This document shows positions 1 through 9,575 of a stretch of DNA of 64,000 bases, one piece after another. The notes under the pieces were generated by a model, which saw only the letters and a list, made by a program, of their open reading frames with translations, ran no database searches and had not been told where the DNA came from. Location of the stretch: contig DISH01000007.1 in assembly GCA_002421665.1 (NCBI GenBank), forward strand, positions 145,278 through 209,277, given 5' to 3'. The number at the start of each line of letters is the position of its first letter. Within the stretch, counting starts at the first letter, position 1. The translations under genes were made by a program, and so were the position numbers. The DNA is from Candidatus Omnitrophica bacterium UBA6215. Its GTDB lineage: Bacteria; Omnitrophota; Gorgyraeia; Pluralincolimonadales; Pluralincolimonadaceae.

Positions 1-372
1 GCACCCCTTCGCGGCCTGCGCGAGGTCTACGGAAGATGACACGGTAGGTTGTCCGCCTGTCGAGTCATAACATTCGTTATCCAGGACCACGTGAAAATAA
101 TTCTTCGGGGCGGCTTTAGCTATCATAGTGAGTATGCCCAGGTTCATCAGGAGGTTGCCGTCGCCGTCAAACACCACGACTTTCTTCGAAGGGTCGGATA
201 TGGCGAGACCCAAACCTATCGACGAGGCCTGCCCCATCGAGCCGAGCATGTAAAAGTTCCTCGGCCGGTCCTTGGAATTAAAAGTGTCCCGCGATATGAA
301 TCCGTTCGCGCAAACGACGTATTCGTCCTTTATCGCCGACAGCAGCACGCCTATGGCGTCCCGCATGATCAT
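1..372 (-). CDS. sulfopyruvate/phosphonopyruvate decarboxylase beta subunit (TPP-binding half); 3' end runs off window start
   Basis: Minus-strand translation from ATG at 372..370 gives MIMRDAIGVLLSAIKDEYVVCANGFISRD...VVVFDGDGNLLMNLG (GDG...N thiamine-PP motif)...LDNECYDSTGGQPT; ATGA start/stop overlap with alpha subunit; absent from ORF track because truncated by window edge; the listed + ORF 49..558 is its antisense shadow. Confidence 0.7.
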   Translation of the reverse strand, partial: MIMRDAIGVLLSAIKDEYVVCANGFISRDTFNSKDRPRNFYMLGSMGQASSIGLGLAISDPSKKVVVFDGDGNLLMNLGILTMIAKAAPKNYFHVVLDNECYDSTGGQPTVSSSVDLAQAAKGC

Positions 373-842
373 GAGAGGGTCTCCTGCCTGATAAATACCG
401 CAAATGGTTTTCCGTCATCGACAGATGCGCGGGCATCCCTGAGCGCCGTCTCGATATCATCCCCCGCGCAAACCCTTGTGCGTATGCCAACCGTCTCAAG
501 CAGTTCAACGCAATGCTCGCCCATTACGATATGCTCCGGGGCATCATTGCCCCCGTAGCCGCGATAGCTGATTATCATGAACACGGGAATATCATATATG
601 AGATTAAGGCTGGTCAGGACATTGAGAGAATAGCCTATGCCCGAGTTCTGCATGAGCACACACGGTTTCCTGCCTGCCAGGTAAGCCCCGGCGGCAAGGC
701 CGAGAGCGGTGTCTTCCCTTACCGAGGGGATATATTCATCCCCCAGTGATTTGATTATGCCTCCCAAAAGGGAACAAGGCACGCCGGTGAAGAAATCGAA
801 CCCGGCATCTTTAAGTCTGGCTCTTAAGGAATCCGCTTTCAT
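369..842 (-). CDS. sulfopyruvate/phosphonopyruvate decarboxylase alpha subunit (TPP enzyme N-terminal domain)
   Basis: 157 aa; FFTGVPCSLLGG motif characteristic of ComD/Ppd N-domain; translationally coupled to beta subunit. Confidence 0.7.
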   Translation of the reverse strand: MKADSLRARLKDAGFDFFTGVPCSLLGGIIKSLGDEYIPSVREDTALGLAAGAYLAGRKPCVLMQNSGIGYSLNVLTSLNLIYDIPVFMIISYRGYGGNDAPEHIVMGEHCVELLETVGIRTRVCAGDDIETALRDARASVDDGKPFAVFIRQETLS

Positions 843-852
843 TGAATGACCG

Positions 853-1713
853 TCAGGTTAAGCGGGCAAAGTTCTTGTATATTACCTGGGATATTTCTTT
901 CTCGATGTCATGCAGGAACTTAAGCTCGTTGTCCGCCCTCTGGTATTCGCTTATGTTCATATAACGCAGGAAATCCCTTACACCCATATCGACGATCTCA
1001 TAAGGTATGGCGGGCTCTCCCATCTCCCCAAGCCTTATTATGAGCGCCTTCATCAGGGCTTCCGGCTTGACCGTAGTATTCCAAACCTTGCTCTTGGCTA
1101 TCTCTTTCCTGAACGGAATTATATTCTCGGGCTTGTAGAAATCGCCGCGGAACTTCATATAGTCTATCTTCGACCAGAACTCCCACTGGGCCGAGCAAAG
1201 CGCACAGTTCGGAAGGAATATCTGGACGGGATTATTATAGGTGTCGAAATATGTATGCGAGAGAAGGCTGACCGCAGCCGAAAGTTTGTCGGTAGATATC
1301 TTGGTCACCCTCTCATCGCCGACGACATCTCGAGCGTCATCGAGCAGCTTAAGGAAGCCGGGAGTTTCTTCGCCTATTCGAGTGAAGGCGTATATCTTCT
1401 TCTCAAGCCGCTGTCTCCTGGCGCTGTCCTTGGCGGGTGTCGCGTCAAATTCCTTCTGGAGCTGGGAGGTCTTCTCGGATATGAACTTGCCGAGTCCCGC
1501 AAAATCCCTCTTCTCAGCCTCCGGCCTCTTGAACAGCTCAATGGTAACATCGAGGAAATCCGGCTGGTTCTCGAGTATATGCGCATAGACCCTGTGAAAA
1601 TGCGCCGGTTTCTGGTCTATTACCGGTATCACCGAATATATGGCCGCCCCGACGTCAAGCTTAGCTGAGTCCAGGAGTTTTGCGGCCAACACCATATGAG
1701 ATCCCCAATCCAT
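853..1713 (-). CDS. hypothetical His-rich protein (weak PLC/P1-nuclease-like zinc hydrolase signature; not PEP mutase)
   Basis: 286 aa ORF, 10 bp upstream of decarboxylase alpha; N-terminal MDWGSH, HFH, SHTYFD motifs; no ICL/PEPM motifs. Confidence 0.45.
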   Translation of the reverse strand: MDWGSHMVLAAKLLDSAKLDVGAAIYSVIPVIDQKPAHFHRVYAHILENQPDFLDVTIELFKRPEAEKRDFAGLGKFISEKTSQLQKEFDATPAKDSARRQRLEKKIYAFTRIGEETPGFLKLLDDARDVVGDERVTKISTDKLSAAVSLLSHTYFDTYNNPVQIFLPNCALCSAQWEFWSKIDYMKFRGDFYKPENIIPFRKEIAKSKVWNTTVKPEALMKALIIRLGEMGEPAIPYEIVDMGVRDFLRYMNISEYQRADNELKFLHDIEKEISQVIYKNFARLT

Positions 1714-1747
1714 TGTCTTTATCCTTTCTCTTGGATAGGATGCCGTT

Positions 1748-2746
1748 CTAAGTGAACTGCCACCCTATCAGTTTGATTATATCCTTGAAGGACTTGCCTT
1801 CGAGCACGCTTGCCGGCTCAAAACCGCAATGGACCGCGCATTCCGCGCAGCGCGGGTTCTTGCTCCTGGAGCCATACTTTTTCCAGTCGGTCTTTTCAAG
1901 CAGCTCCTTGTACGTGGCATAATGTTTATCCGCCAGCTGGTAGCATGGCGAACGCCATCCGAACGGGTTGCGCGTCGGAGTCGTCCATGGGGCACAGTCT
2001 ATATCGCGTTTTCCCTGCACGAATTCGAGATACAGCGGCGAGCCGAGGAAATTATACTTCTTGAACTCGGGCTCAAGCTTGTCGAAGAACCCCGCCAATT
2101 CTTTCCTGGTCATAAAGAATGCGTCGCCCACATGGACATAACCGTAGGCCGGCGATATAAGGAACCCGTCGACCTTCAGTTCATGCAGCGTCTTAAAAAG
2201 CTGCCTCATTTCATTTATGTCGGTCTGCTTATATATCGTAGTGTTCGTGCAAACGAAATACCCCTTCTTCTTCGCGGCCTTTATAGCCTCTATTACTTTG
2301 TCGTAGGCGCCTTTCAGGCCGGTTATCGCATCGTGCGTCTTCGCGAGTCCGTCTATGTGAAAATTCACCATGAGGCTGTCGCTCGGCTTAAGCTTATGCA
2401 TCTTGTCCTTGAAGAGCAGGCCGTTCGTGCAGAGGTAGATGTATTTGCCTTTTTTCGTAAGCTTCGCGATAAGATCCTCGATGTGAGGATATACAAGCGG
2501 TTCTCCGCCGCATATAGAGACTATCTGCGCGTTGCATTCGTCGACTGATTCGAGGCATTCGTCGACGCTCATCATCTTATTCATCCCTTCCTTGTACTCA
2601 CGTATCCTGCCGCAACCCTCACAAGCAAGGTTGCACATGAATGTCGGCTCGAGCATTAAAACAAGCGTAAAACGCTTGTTACCCCTTATCTTGTTCGATA
2701 CGATATGTTTTGTCAGCTTTGCCGTAAGGCCCGGTTTAAACCTCAT
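1748..2746 (-). CDS. hpnH: hopanoid-associated radical SAM protein HpnH (adenosylhopane synthase)
   Basis: 332 aa; CNLACEGC (CxxxCxxC) near N-terminus; immediately downstream (5-bp gap) of squalene-hopene cyclase on same strand. Confidence 0.7.
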   Translation of the reverse strand: MRFKPGLTAKLTKHIVSNKIRGNKRFTLVLMLEPTFMCNLACEGCGRIREYKEGMNKMMSVDECLESVDECNAQIVSICGGEPLVYPHIEDLIAKLTKKGKYIYLCTNGLLFKDKMHKLKPSDSLMVNFHIDGLAKTHDAITGLKGAYDKVIEAIKAAKKKGYFVCTNTTIYKQTDINEMRQLFKTLHELKVDGFLISPAYGYVHVGDAFFMTRKELAGFFDKLEPEFKKYNFLGSPLYLEFVQGKRDIDCAPWTTPTRNPFGWRSPCYQLADKHYATYKELLEKTDWKKYGSRSKNPRCAECAVHCGFEPASVLEGKSFKDIIKLIGWQFT

Positions 2747-2750
2747 GTTC

Positions 2751-4649
2751 TTATACCTTTAGTTTGTTCCTCGTGATCGCGTACTCCGAAAGAGCTATCA
2801 GCGGGAACACGGAGGAATACAGTTCATAGCGCAGGTAGCATACCCTGGGAAAACCTGTCCCGGTAAAATTCGTCTCTTCCCAGTTGCCTGTAATGTCTTG
2901 GTTCGTTATAAGATACTCTATGCCTCTTTCGACCGCGCTGCTGTTGTAGTCGCCGGCAGCATAGAGAACCATCAAAGCCCATGCCGTCTGCGAAGCGGTA
3001 GAGACACCCTTGCCCTTCTTGAACGGGTCCGCGTAACTAAGGGGCGATTCGCCCCATCCGCCATCGTCGTTCTGCGCGGACCTTATCCAGTTAGCGGCAG
3101 TATCGAGCTCTTTCTTGAAACCCCCGGCTCCCGAGAAACTCAGTCCCCTGCAGGCAAGGAAAGTCCCGTAGATATAATTAACGCCCCACCTGCCGTACCA
3201 GGTGCCGTCGGGTATCTTTTCTTTCTTGAGAAACCTGACCGCTTCTTTTAAGGGTGATTTACGGGGGTCATAACCGAGGCGGCCGAGCAATTCGCACGTG
3301 CGTCCGGTTATGTCCGCGCAAGTCGGGTCAAGCATGGCATTATGGTCCGCGAAAGGCACCTTGTTAAGGAAACGTTTGTTGTTGTCCTTGTCGTATGAAC
3401 TGAAACCTCCGTCGCGCGACTGCATCTTGAGCAGCCAATCGAGGCCGCGTTCGAATTCAGCCTTCTTCCTGCCCTCTTCGCCGCCCATGTCTACATACAT
3501 TAGAGCCATGAGTACCTGCGCACTGTCGTCTATATCAGGATAAAATTCATTGCGGAACTCGAAATACCACCCTCCGGGCTTAGCGTCCCCGGCTTTCTTT
3601 ATCCAGTCTCCGACGTCATTGGCCTGTTTTGAGACCAGCCAGCGGCCGGCATTCCTCATGCTCTCATGGTCCTTCGGGAAACCCGAAATACCCAGTGCGT
3701 AAACGGCCAAGGCTGTATCCCACACAGGCGAAACGCATGGCTGGACCTCAGACTTGTGGCCGGAATTTACTACAAGCTTTAATATCTCGTCGATATTCGA
3801 CTTCATGAGCGGGTGGTCATTATTGTAACCCAGGCAGCTTAAGGCCATTACGGAATTGACCATGGCCGGATATATGGCGCAAAGGCCGTCGCTTTTATCA
3901 AGCCTGGCGACCATCCATTTTTCCGCGGCACGGACAGCCTTGCCCTTCAACAGGCAAATGCGAAGCTTATATACGGTCTTGATCAATATATCGGCAAGAA
4001 GAAAAAAATTCTTCCAACTTATACCTATATCGGGTTTTATCCCGCAATCCCTCATCCGCCGGCCGTTCTTATATAACTCGTCGACGTTAAAGTTCTTTTC
4101 GATCTTACGGACCGGTTTTTTGGCCCATAGAATGGAAAGCGGCACAATGATGGTCCTAGTCCACGCGCTGAAATCATATATATTGACGGGAGACCAATCA
4201 GGTAAAAACATTATCTCCGGCGGTATGGCGGGACAAGCGTCCCAACTGCCGAGCCCGAACATCGCCAGATACAACCTGGTATAGCTGTTGGATTTTTCGA
4301 TCCCGCCAAGTCCAAGGATTATCTGGCGGTCCCTTGCCATGGAATTGCTGCGCAGATCGAAGCCCTTCAACTTAAGCGCCAGGTAGCATTTTATCGTGGT
4401 GTTAAGCTCGGGCGGCCCGCCCGGATATATGGACCATCCCCCGTCTTCAAGCCTTCTTTCCAGGATGAAGTTTATGAATTTCTGCTCGAGCTCCTCGTTC
4501 CTTATACCCAGGAAACGCAGGATACACAGCGTATCCGACTCAAGGCCAAGGTCCATATGAAAAACGGACTTGAAATAACCTTCCGGGGATTGCCTGCCAA
4601 GCAGGTATTCTCTTGCCCTGTTTATGGCGCCTGATAATCTTTCGCTCAT
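2751..4649 (-). CDS. shc: squalene-hopene cyclase
   Basis: 632 aa; DIDDSA (DxDD) catalytic motif; multiple QW repeats (QANDVGDW, QNDDGGWG, QSRDGGF). Confidence 0.9.
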   Translation of the reverse strand: MSERLSGAINRAREYLLGRQSPEGYFKSVFHMDLGLESDTLCILRFLGIRNEELEQKFINFILERRLEDGGWSIYPGGPPELNTTIKCYLALKLKGFDLRSNSMARDRQIILGLGGIEKSNSYTRLYLAMFGLGSWDACPAIPPEIMFLPDWSPVNIYDFSAWTRTIIVPLSILWAKKPVRKIEKNFNVDELYKNGRRMRDCGIKPDIGISWKNFFLLADILIKTVYKLRICLLKGKAVRAAEKWMVARLDKSDGLCAIYPAMVNSVMALSCLGYNNDHPLMKSNIDEILKLVVNSGHKSEVQPCVSPVWDTALAVYALGISGFPKDHESMRNAGRWLVSKQANDVGDWIKKAGDAKPGGWYFEFRNEFYPDIDDSAQVLMALMYVDMGGEEGRKKAEFERGLDWLLKMQSRDGGFSSYDKDNNKRFLNKVPFADHNAMLDPTCADITGRTCELLGRLGYDPRKSPLKEAVRFLKKEKIPDGTWYGRWGVNYIYGTFLACRGLSFSGAGGFKKELDTAANWIRSAQNDDGGWGESPLSYADPFKKGKGVSTASQTAWALMVLYAAGDYNSSAVERGIEYLITNQDITGNWEETNFTGTGFPRVCYLRYELYSSVFPLIALSEYAITRNKLKV

Positions 4650-4660
4650 CTTTCCTTATT

Positions 4661-5449
4661 TCATTTCGAAAGGCAGTATTTGACGATCTTTTCCAATTTT
4701 TCGATATCTACGGAGGTATTCTTGCATGGCCCTTCGGGACGCATATTGGGAAGGCCGAATACGGGCATCTTAGGGGCAGTGTCCTGTATGCCCGATATAA
4801 GGTCCCTTTCACAGGCTATTCCGATCACGGCGTCGGGCATGTTATCCTTGATGGCTTTTCTCGCCTCATCACCGCCAAAAGCGGTATAAGCAACGAACTG
4901 GTACTTCTCCCCCATCTCTTTTATCCTGTTCCTCATGTCGGCAGAAAGACATCTCGGCAGAAGCAACAGTATCTTCCTGGCGCCTTTACCCGTGCCGGTA
5001 GCATACATCAGGTCATTATGGAATTTCACAAATGAGTTGCCTATCTTGTCCCTGGCTATCCCGAAAACGGAAGCCGCTTTAACGGCGCCTCCGAGAAGGA
5101 TCCTCAACGATAACCTGTTGGCTACCGCGGCCGGGACAAGCTTTAACCTAAGTAACGATGATAACACCTGCAAGATATACCAAAGCGCGAGAAGGCAGAT
5201 AAATGAAATGACCGCTGTACCGGCCAGCTTCACAAAGCCGGGGCCAAAACTCTCGAACCTGGGAAGGGCAAGATACCAAAACAACCAAACCCCAATCAGG
5301 ACAAAGAGTAATGCTAAAAATGAGAAGACAAGGAAGAGCGACTTGGGTGAATCGGAAGAACCCCCGTCTTTAGCGCCGGGCTTCCAATCCGACCACTCGT
5401 CCCCCAATAACCTGTCTTCCAGTCTCTTACCCTTGCCGGTCTCCTTCAT
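4661..5449 (-). CDS. membrane protein with C-terminal Cys-containing domain (DUF116-like, uncertain)
   Basis: 262 aa; two N-terminal TM helices; C-terminal LLLPRCL...IGIACERDL...GPC region; first gene of shc-hpnH string. Confidence 0.4.
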   Translation of the reverse strand: MKETGKGKRLEDRLLGDEWSDWKPGAKDGGSSDSPKSLFLVFSFLALLFVLIGVWLFWYLALPRFESFGPGFVKLAGTAVISFICLLALWYILQVLSSLLRLKLVPAAVANRLSLRILLGGAVKAASVFGIARDKIGNSFVKFHNDLMYATGTGKGARKILLLLPRCLSADMRNRIKEMGEKYQFVAYTAFGGDEARKAIKDNMPDAVIGIACERDLISGIQDTAPKMPVFGLPNMRPEGPCKNTSVDIEKLEKIVKYCLSK

Positions 5450-5495
5450 TAGGTAATGATTATATCACGAATCAGGGAAGGGCGCAACAGAGCTA

Positions 5496-6494
5496 TTAGG
5501 CAGACTTGCGTTTTATGAGTTTGGGCTCGAAATAACGCAAAAGGGACTTCTTATGGGGAGAATACGCGGAATTTATCAGGTCCTGTCCGGCGGCATAGGC
5601 TATATCGGCCACCGGCTGTTCTACGGTCGTAATAGGCGGATCGAAAAGCTCGCATATAGGTATATTGTCGAAACCTACTACGGCTACGTCTTCCGGTACT
5701 TTTTTTCCGGAAGACTTCACGGCCCTTATAGCGCCTATCGCCATTCTGTCGTTCGCAGCGAACACGGCATCGGGCGGATCGGCCAGCCCAAGCATCTTCT
5801 TTGTCGCGATTTCCGCATCCTCGTATTTAAAATATCCGCGCTCCACATAATCCGGTTTGAACTGGATGCCCGCTTCGGCCAAGGCCTGCTTGTATCCCTT
5901 TAATCTCTCTTCTGCGTCGAACCAGTTCTCGTGTCCGTGCAGGAAGGCTATCCTTTTCCTGCCGGAATCTATAAGGTGCTTTGTCGCTATATAGCCGCCG
6001 CGTTTGTTGTCACAGCCGAAGGAATCGGCCCTGTCGGAATATGCAAAAAGCAGCGCTATGGGAACCTTGCTCCTTTTAAGTTCCTCGAGTTTTTCCGTAT
6101 CGTCTTTGGATATGGCAACAAGTATAAGTCCGTCGACCAGCCTGCTCTTGTACATCCGCAGGCATTGTTCGCCGTCGAATTTGTTCTGGGTAAATATCAT
6201 TATCTGGTAATTGTTCTCGTTGGCAACCTTGGCAACTCCCTTTATGGTATCTATGGCAAAAAAATCCGTATTAAGGAAGGTATCCCTGGGGAATATCAGA
6301 CCTATGACATTTATCTTTTTTGAGGCGAGGCTGGCTGCATGGATATTCGGGAAATATTTTTCCCTATCGAGATGCCGGAGTATGCGCTCCCTGGTCCGAC
6401 CGGCAACATTGTTGTCGTTCTTCAGGACCCTCGATATGGTGCGGCGAGATATATTAAGTTTTTTTGCAAGATCTTCAAGCGTTTTTGCGCTCAT
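5496..6494 (-). CDS. LacI family transcriptional regulator
   Basis: N-terminal HTH LNISRRTISRVLKN, C-terminal periplasmic-binding-protein-like sugar-binding fold; 4-bp overlap with upstream hydrolase gene. Confidence 0.9.
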   Translation of the reverse strand: MSAKTLEDLAKKLNISRRTISRVLKNDNNVAGRTRERILRHLDREKYFPNIHAASLASKKINVIGLIFPRDTFLNTDFFAIDTIKGVAKVANENNYQIMIFTQNKFDGEQCLRMYKSRLVDGLILVAISKDDTEKLEELKRSKVPIALLFAYSDRADSFGCDNKRGGYIATKHLIDSGRKRIAFLHGHENWFDAEERLKGYKQALAEAGIQFKPDYVERGYFKYEDAEIATKKMLGLADPPDAVFAANDRMAIGAIRAVKSSGKKVPEDVAVVGFDNIPICELFDPPITTVEQPVADIAYAAGQDLINSAYSPHKKSLLRYFEPKLIKRKSA

Positions 6495-9400
6495 TCATCA
6501 CCTTTTCCCGATACCAATATAGTAGCAGGCAGTTTGTTAAATGTAAACTCTTTACCTGAGCGCGGATCGTTAAAAACGAACCCGCCGGGAGGGGACGCTT
6601 TTCCGCTGACTTCGAGCTTAAGACCCTTGCTATACGGTTTCAAAGAAAAACTCACGTCTCCATAATATGTCGGCAGCCCCTGCGCTTTTATCTCCTTTCC
6701 GGATACCGCCCACTCTTCAGGTATGCCTGCACCGATGACAAGTTTATCCCCGACCTCATAGACGAACATGTTCCTGACCGCGCATATATACTCGGCGCCT
6801 ATCCAGGTATGCGGCATGTCGCCTATGTACTGGGGATGGCGGTATCCGCTGAAGACAACCTCGGCCCAGTGGTTCCATTCGCGCGGCCGCTTGACTGTCT
6901 GGAAATATTCAAGCATCCTGAAGGCCTGCTCCCTTTTACCCATGAGTATTAGCGCGGATATTGAGCGCACCTCATATGGGGTAAATCCGCCTTTCCAGCC
7001 TTCGCCGGAACGGGGATCGAGCGATTCCCTTAAATACTTATCGAAGGTATTATCCAACTGGGGCCGAGGCAGGTATTCAAGCTGGCTGCACGGGAATACC
7101 GCGATAGCAGTCGAAGTGGCATCAAAATCCCCTTTATCGGCGCAGCCCGGGATAAAATCTATTCCCTTGACATTCATCGCCAGGTCGATGGATTCGTATA
7201 CGGACTTCCTGAAAGACGTCTTCTCGGAGTCTATCCACTTCGCCGCATCTTCCTTGCCGAGGATACGGGCTATTGAACCGGCATCCTCCCATCCTTTAAG
7301 GGCCCAGAAATCATCCCAATAGCTGTGCATGGCCGGGAAATAGCCTTCGTGGCTGTTCGACTCCGGAAGGATCCCGCAAAACACTTTAATATTGTCAGCG
7401 CCCTTGCAATAATAATCCGTAAGCCTTTGCTTCCTGAGCTCGACGAGGTATTCGAGCGCCTTCATTATGTTCGGCCATTTATCCTCAAGGAATTCCCTGT
7501 CGTTGGTAAACCTGTAATAATCATAGATAGAGAATATGAACTCTCCTTGGCTGTCATATTCTTTCCAATCCCTGCACCAGCCGGGCATGCCCCCTTCTTC
7601 AAGTATGAAAGGCACCATCCCGTTGCCATACTGGCGCTGCGCTATCCAGTCGAGGAACTCCTTAACGTCGTCCCTGTAACCCATCCTTAGCAGGGCCGCG
7701 GAGATCAGGGCTCCGTCGCGCATCCAGGCCTTCTTGTAATTGCGCGAGCCCGGTTGGAGCTTAAGGATATCCTTATTGATAAGGATATATCCCAGGTTGG
7801 ACTTCATCGCGTTTATTATCTCTTCGTCCGGGACTTCTATGTTGACCGCGTCAAGCTTTGCCTGCCAATATTTTTTCTGCTGTTCGAGCAACCCGTTGAA
7901 ATAACCGCGAGCCTGGGAAGCTGCCGCAGGAAGATTCCCGACGTTGCCGTGCAAAGGTACGGCAAAAAAGAGGTCCGCACCCTTCCCCGCCGGAAGGCTC
8001 AAGGAATATTCCAAGGCTCCGGAAGCATACTTATCCGGGTCATCGACCGCCCTGCAAGAAGGAACGCCGCCCTTTTCGATATAATCCGTGATATCATTGT
8101 CCCTGTACCTGACAACCCCGAAATTATCCGGTTTAGAAACAGGTATCAGCGCCGGCACTCCGTTGATCCTTACAACGGCAGGAGCGCCGCCCTCGAAAGA
8201 AACGGACCTTATCTCGGAAAGGCCCCCATGCTGCCAGGGGGGATTTACCTGGAAAGGTCTTACGGTAAGAAAAAATTTTCCGGAAAACTTCTCTTGCGTC
8301 CTGTTCTCTATCGTATACCAAATATATGCGGCGGAACTGCCTCGGTCCCCTGACGCGAACAACCTTTGCGTAAAGACCAGGCCGTTACGCTCCCATTCCA
8401 CCTTGGGCAAAGGCAGGTAGTCCTTTTCGAGAGATTGCGTTACCTTCGAATTGCATGAGGTTATGAGTTCTGAACCGTCATAAATATAAGGCATGAACGA
8501 GTAACTGCCAGAATACGGCTCTATCGTGCCGTCCTCGCACAGGAGGCATTCCTTGTCATCCCCGTCTATGCCCACGACGGTCCAATACGCCTGCTGCCTG
8601 TTCAGCCATCTGGGGTAATAGCCAGCAGGGGTCTCCTCGGCAAGCAACTCGAAATGTTTTTGCGGGGTCGCAGATTCATCCGGGCCTTTAAGCATCAGTT
8701 CTTTCAGGGAATATCCGCTGCCGGTATTGCTCTGGCGGCATTGCACTTTTATCGACCTGGCCCTTGCAGGATCCAGGTATATCAGGTCCTTGCTGCCGTT
8801 CCCTTTTTCGTTCGAAAACACATTTTTCCATGAATTGCCGTCTTCGGATATCAGGATATCGTAGGACTTGGCATAATTGAGGCCCCAATTCAACTGTATC
8901 CCGCCTATATCCTTCTGTTTTTTCAGGTCAACCGTTATCCAGGCCTCACCGCACGAATCGTTGAGCCATTCGGTCCCGCGGTCGCCGTCAAAGGCGTTAG
9001 ACGGATCGCTTATGTCCTGGGTACAAGAAGCCGTTACGACCGGTTCCTCATCCGCGCCTTTGACCAGGACCTCAAATACCGAGTATCCCCAGAACGTCCC
9101 GCGCTCTTTCATGAATATCCTTACGTATCTGGCAGGGGCCTTCCTGAAATAGACCTCATCCGTCCCGCCGTCGCTGTCGGTTATCTCGTAGACCGTCTTC
9201 CACTCGGAATTATCGGATGATATCTGGACTTCATATGATTTGCCGTAGGCGGCTTCCCACTTTATGGTGATACCGCATATCTCGATGGTTTGCCCGAGGT
9301 CTAAAAGCAGCCACTGAGGATCCGAGAATTGACTGCTCCACCTGCTCTGGTAATTGCCGTCGACGACATTTGCCGGGCGATAGAGATCGCTTTCGCTGGA

Positions 9401-9508
9401 AGATGCACAAACCTGCACGGCGGAAGGCCGGGCCTGGCCGCTGCAAACGAAAATATAGGACAGGGAGATAATGAATACGGCAAGAACGGTCCTGAGGTTC
9501 TGGTTCAT
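6491..9508 (-). CDS. secreted protein: 2x F5/8 type C (discoidin) domains + six-hairpin glycoside hydrolase domain (GH15/COG3387-like, WMRDGA motif)
   Basis: 1005 aa; signal peptide; two discoidin-like repeats (RWSSQFSDPQWLLLDLG; GTEWLNDSCGEAWITVDLK); C-terminal ~650 aa with YKKAWMRDGA. Confidence 0.5.
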   Translation of the reverse strand: MNQNLRTVLAVFIISLSYIFVCSGQARPSAVQVCASSSESDLYRPANVVDGNYQSRWSSQFSDPQWLLLDLGQTIEICGITIKWEAAYGKSYEVQISSDNSEWKTVYEITDSDGGTDEVYFRKAPARYVRIFMKERGTFWGYSVFEVLVKGADEEPVVTASCTQDISDPSNAFDGDRGTEWLNDSCGEAWITVDLKKQKDIGGIQLNWGLNYAKSYDILISEDGNSWKNVFSNEKGNGSKDLIYLDPARARSIKVQCRQSNTGSGYSLKELMLKGPDESATPQKHFELLAEETPAGYYPRWLNRQQAYWTVVGIDGDDKECLLCEDGTIEPYSGSYSFMPYIYDGSELITSCNSKVTQSLEKDYLPLPKVEWERNGLVFTQRLFASGDRGSSAAYIWYTIENRTQEKFSGKFFLTVRPFQVNPPWQHGGLSEIRSVSFEGGAPAVVRINGVPALIPVSKPDNFGVVRYRDNDITDYIEKGGVPSCRAVDDPDKYASGALEYSLSLPAGKGADLFFAVPLHGNVGNLPAAASQARGYFNGLLEQQKKYWQAKLDAVNIEVPDEEIINAMKSNLGYILINKDILKLQPGSRNYKKAWMRDGALISAALLRMGYRDDVKEFLDWIAQRQYGNGMVPFILEEGGMPGWCRDWKEYDSQGEFIFSIYDYYRFTNDREFLEDKWPNIMKALEYLVELRKQRLTDYYCKGADNIKVFCGILPESNSHEGYFPAMHSYWDDFWALKGWEDAGSIARILGKEDAAKWIDSEKTSFRKSVYESIDLAMNVKGIDFIPGCADKGDFDATSTAIAVFPCSQLEYLPRPQLDNTFDKYLRESLDPRSGEGWKGGFTPYEVRSISALILMGKREQAFRMLEYFQTVKRPREWNHWAEVVFSGYRHPQYIGDMPHTWIGAEYICAVRNMFVYEVGDKLVIGAGIPEEWAVSGKEIKAQGLPTYYGDVSFSLKPYSKGLKLEVSGKASPPGGFVFNDPRSGKEFTFNKLPATILVSGKGDE

Positions 9509-9536
9509 GGATTAGCGGCCTCCTCTTTTAAAACTC

Positions 9537-9575
9537 GCGGACAATTATATATCTTTTTGTCCGCCGGCGCAATAA
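9537..9575 (-). promoter_or_regulatory. candidate promoter/operator of hydrolase-lacI operon: inverted repeat GCGGACAA-N12-TTGTCCGC enclosing TATAAT; TTGCGC -35 at 17 bp
   Basis: Seen directly; perfect 8-bp arms at 9537..9544 and 9557..9564; minus-sense TATAAT at 9549..9544; AGAGGAGG RBS before ATG at 9508. Confidence 0.35.

Noticed and set aside
49-558. 169-aa plus-strand ORF at window start
   Set aside because: It is the antisense shadow of the minus-strand TPP decarboxylase alpha/beta genes, whose translations carry clear family motifs. The plus-strand product is low-complexity.
853-1713. 853..1713 as PEP mutase (expected partner of phosphonopyruvate decarboxylase)
   Set aside because: No ICL/PEPM superfamily motifs (e.g. 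EDK...KRCGH-like) in the translation. The composition and His motifs point to a different fold.
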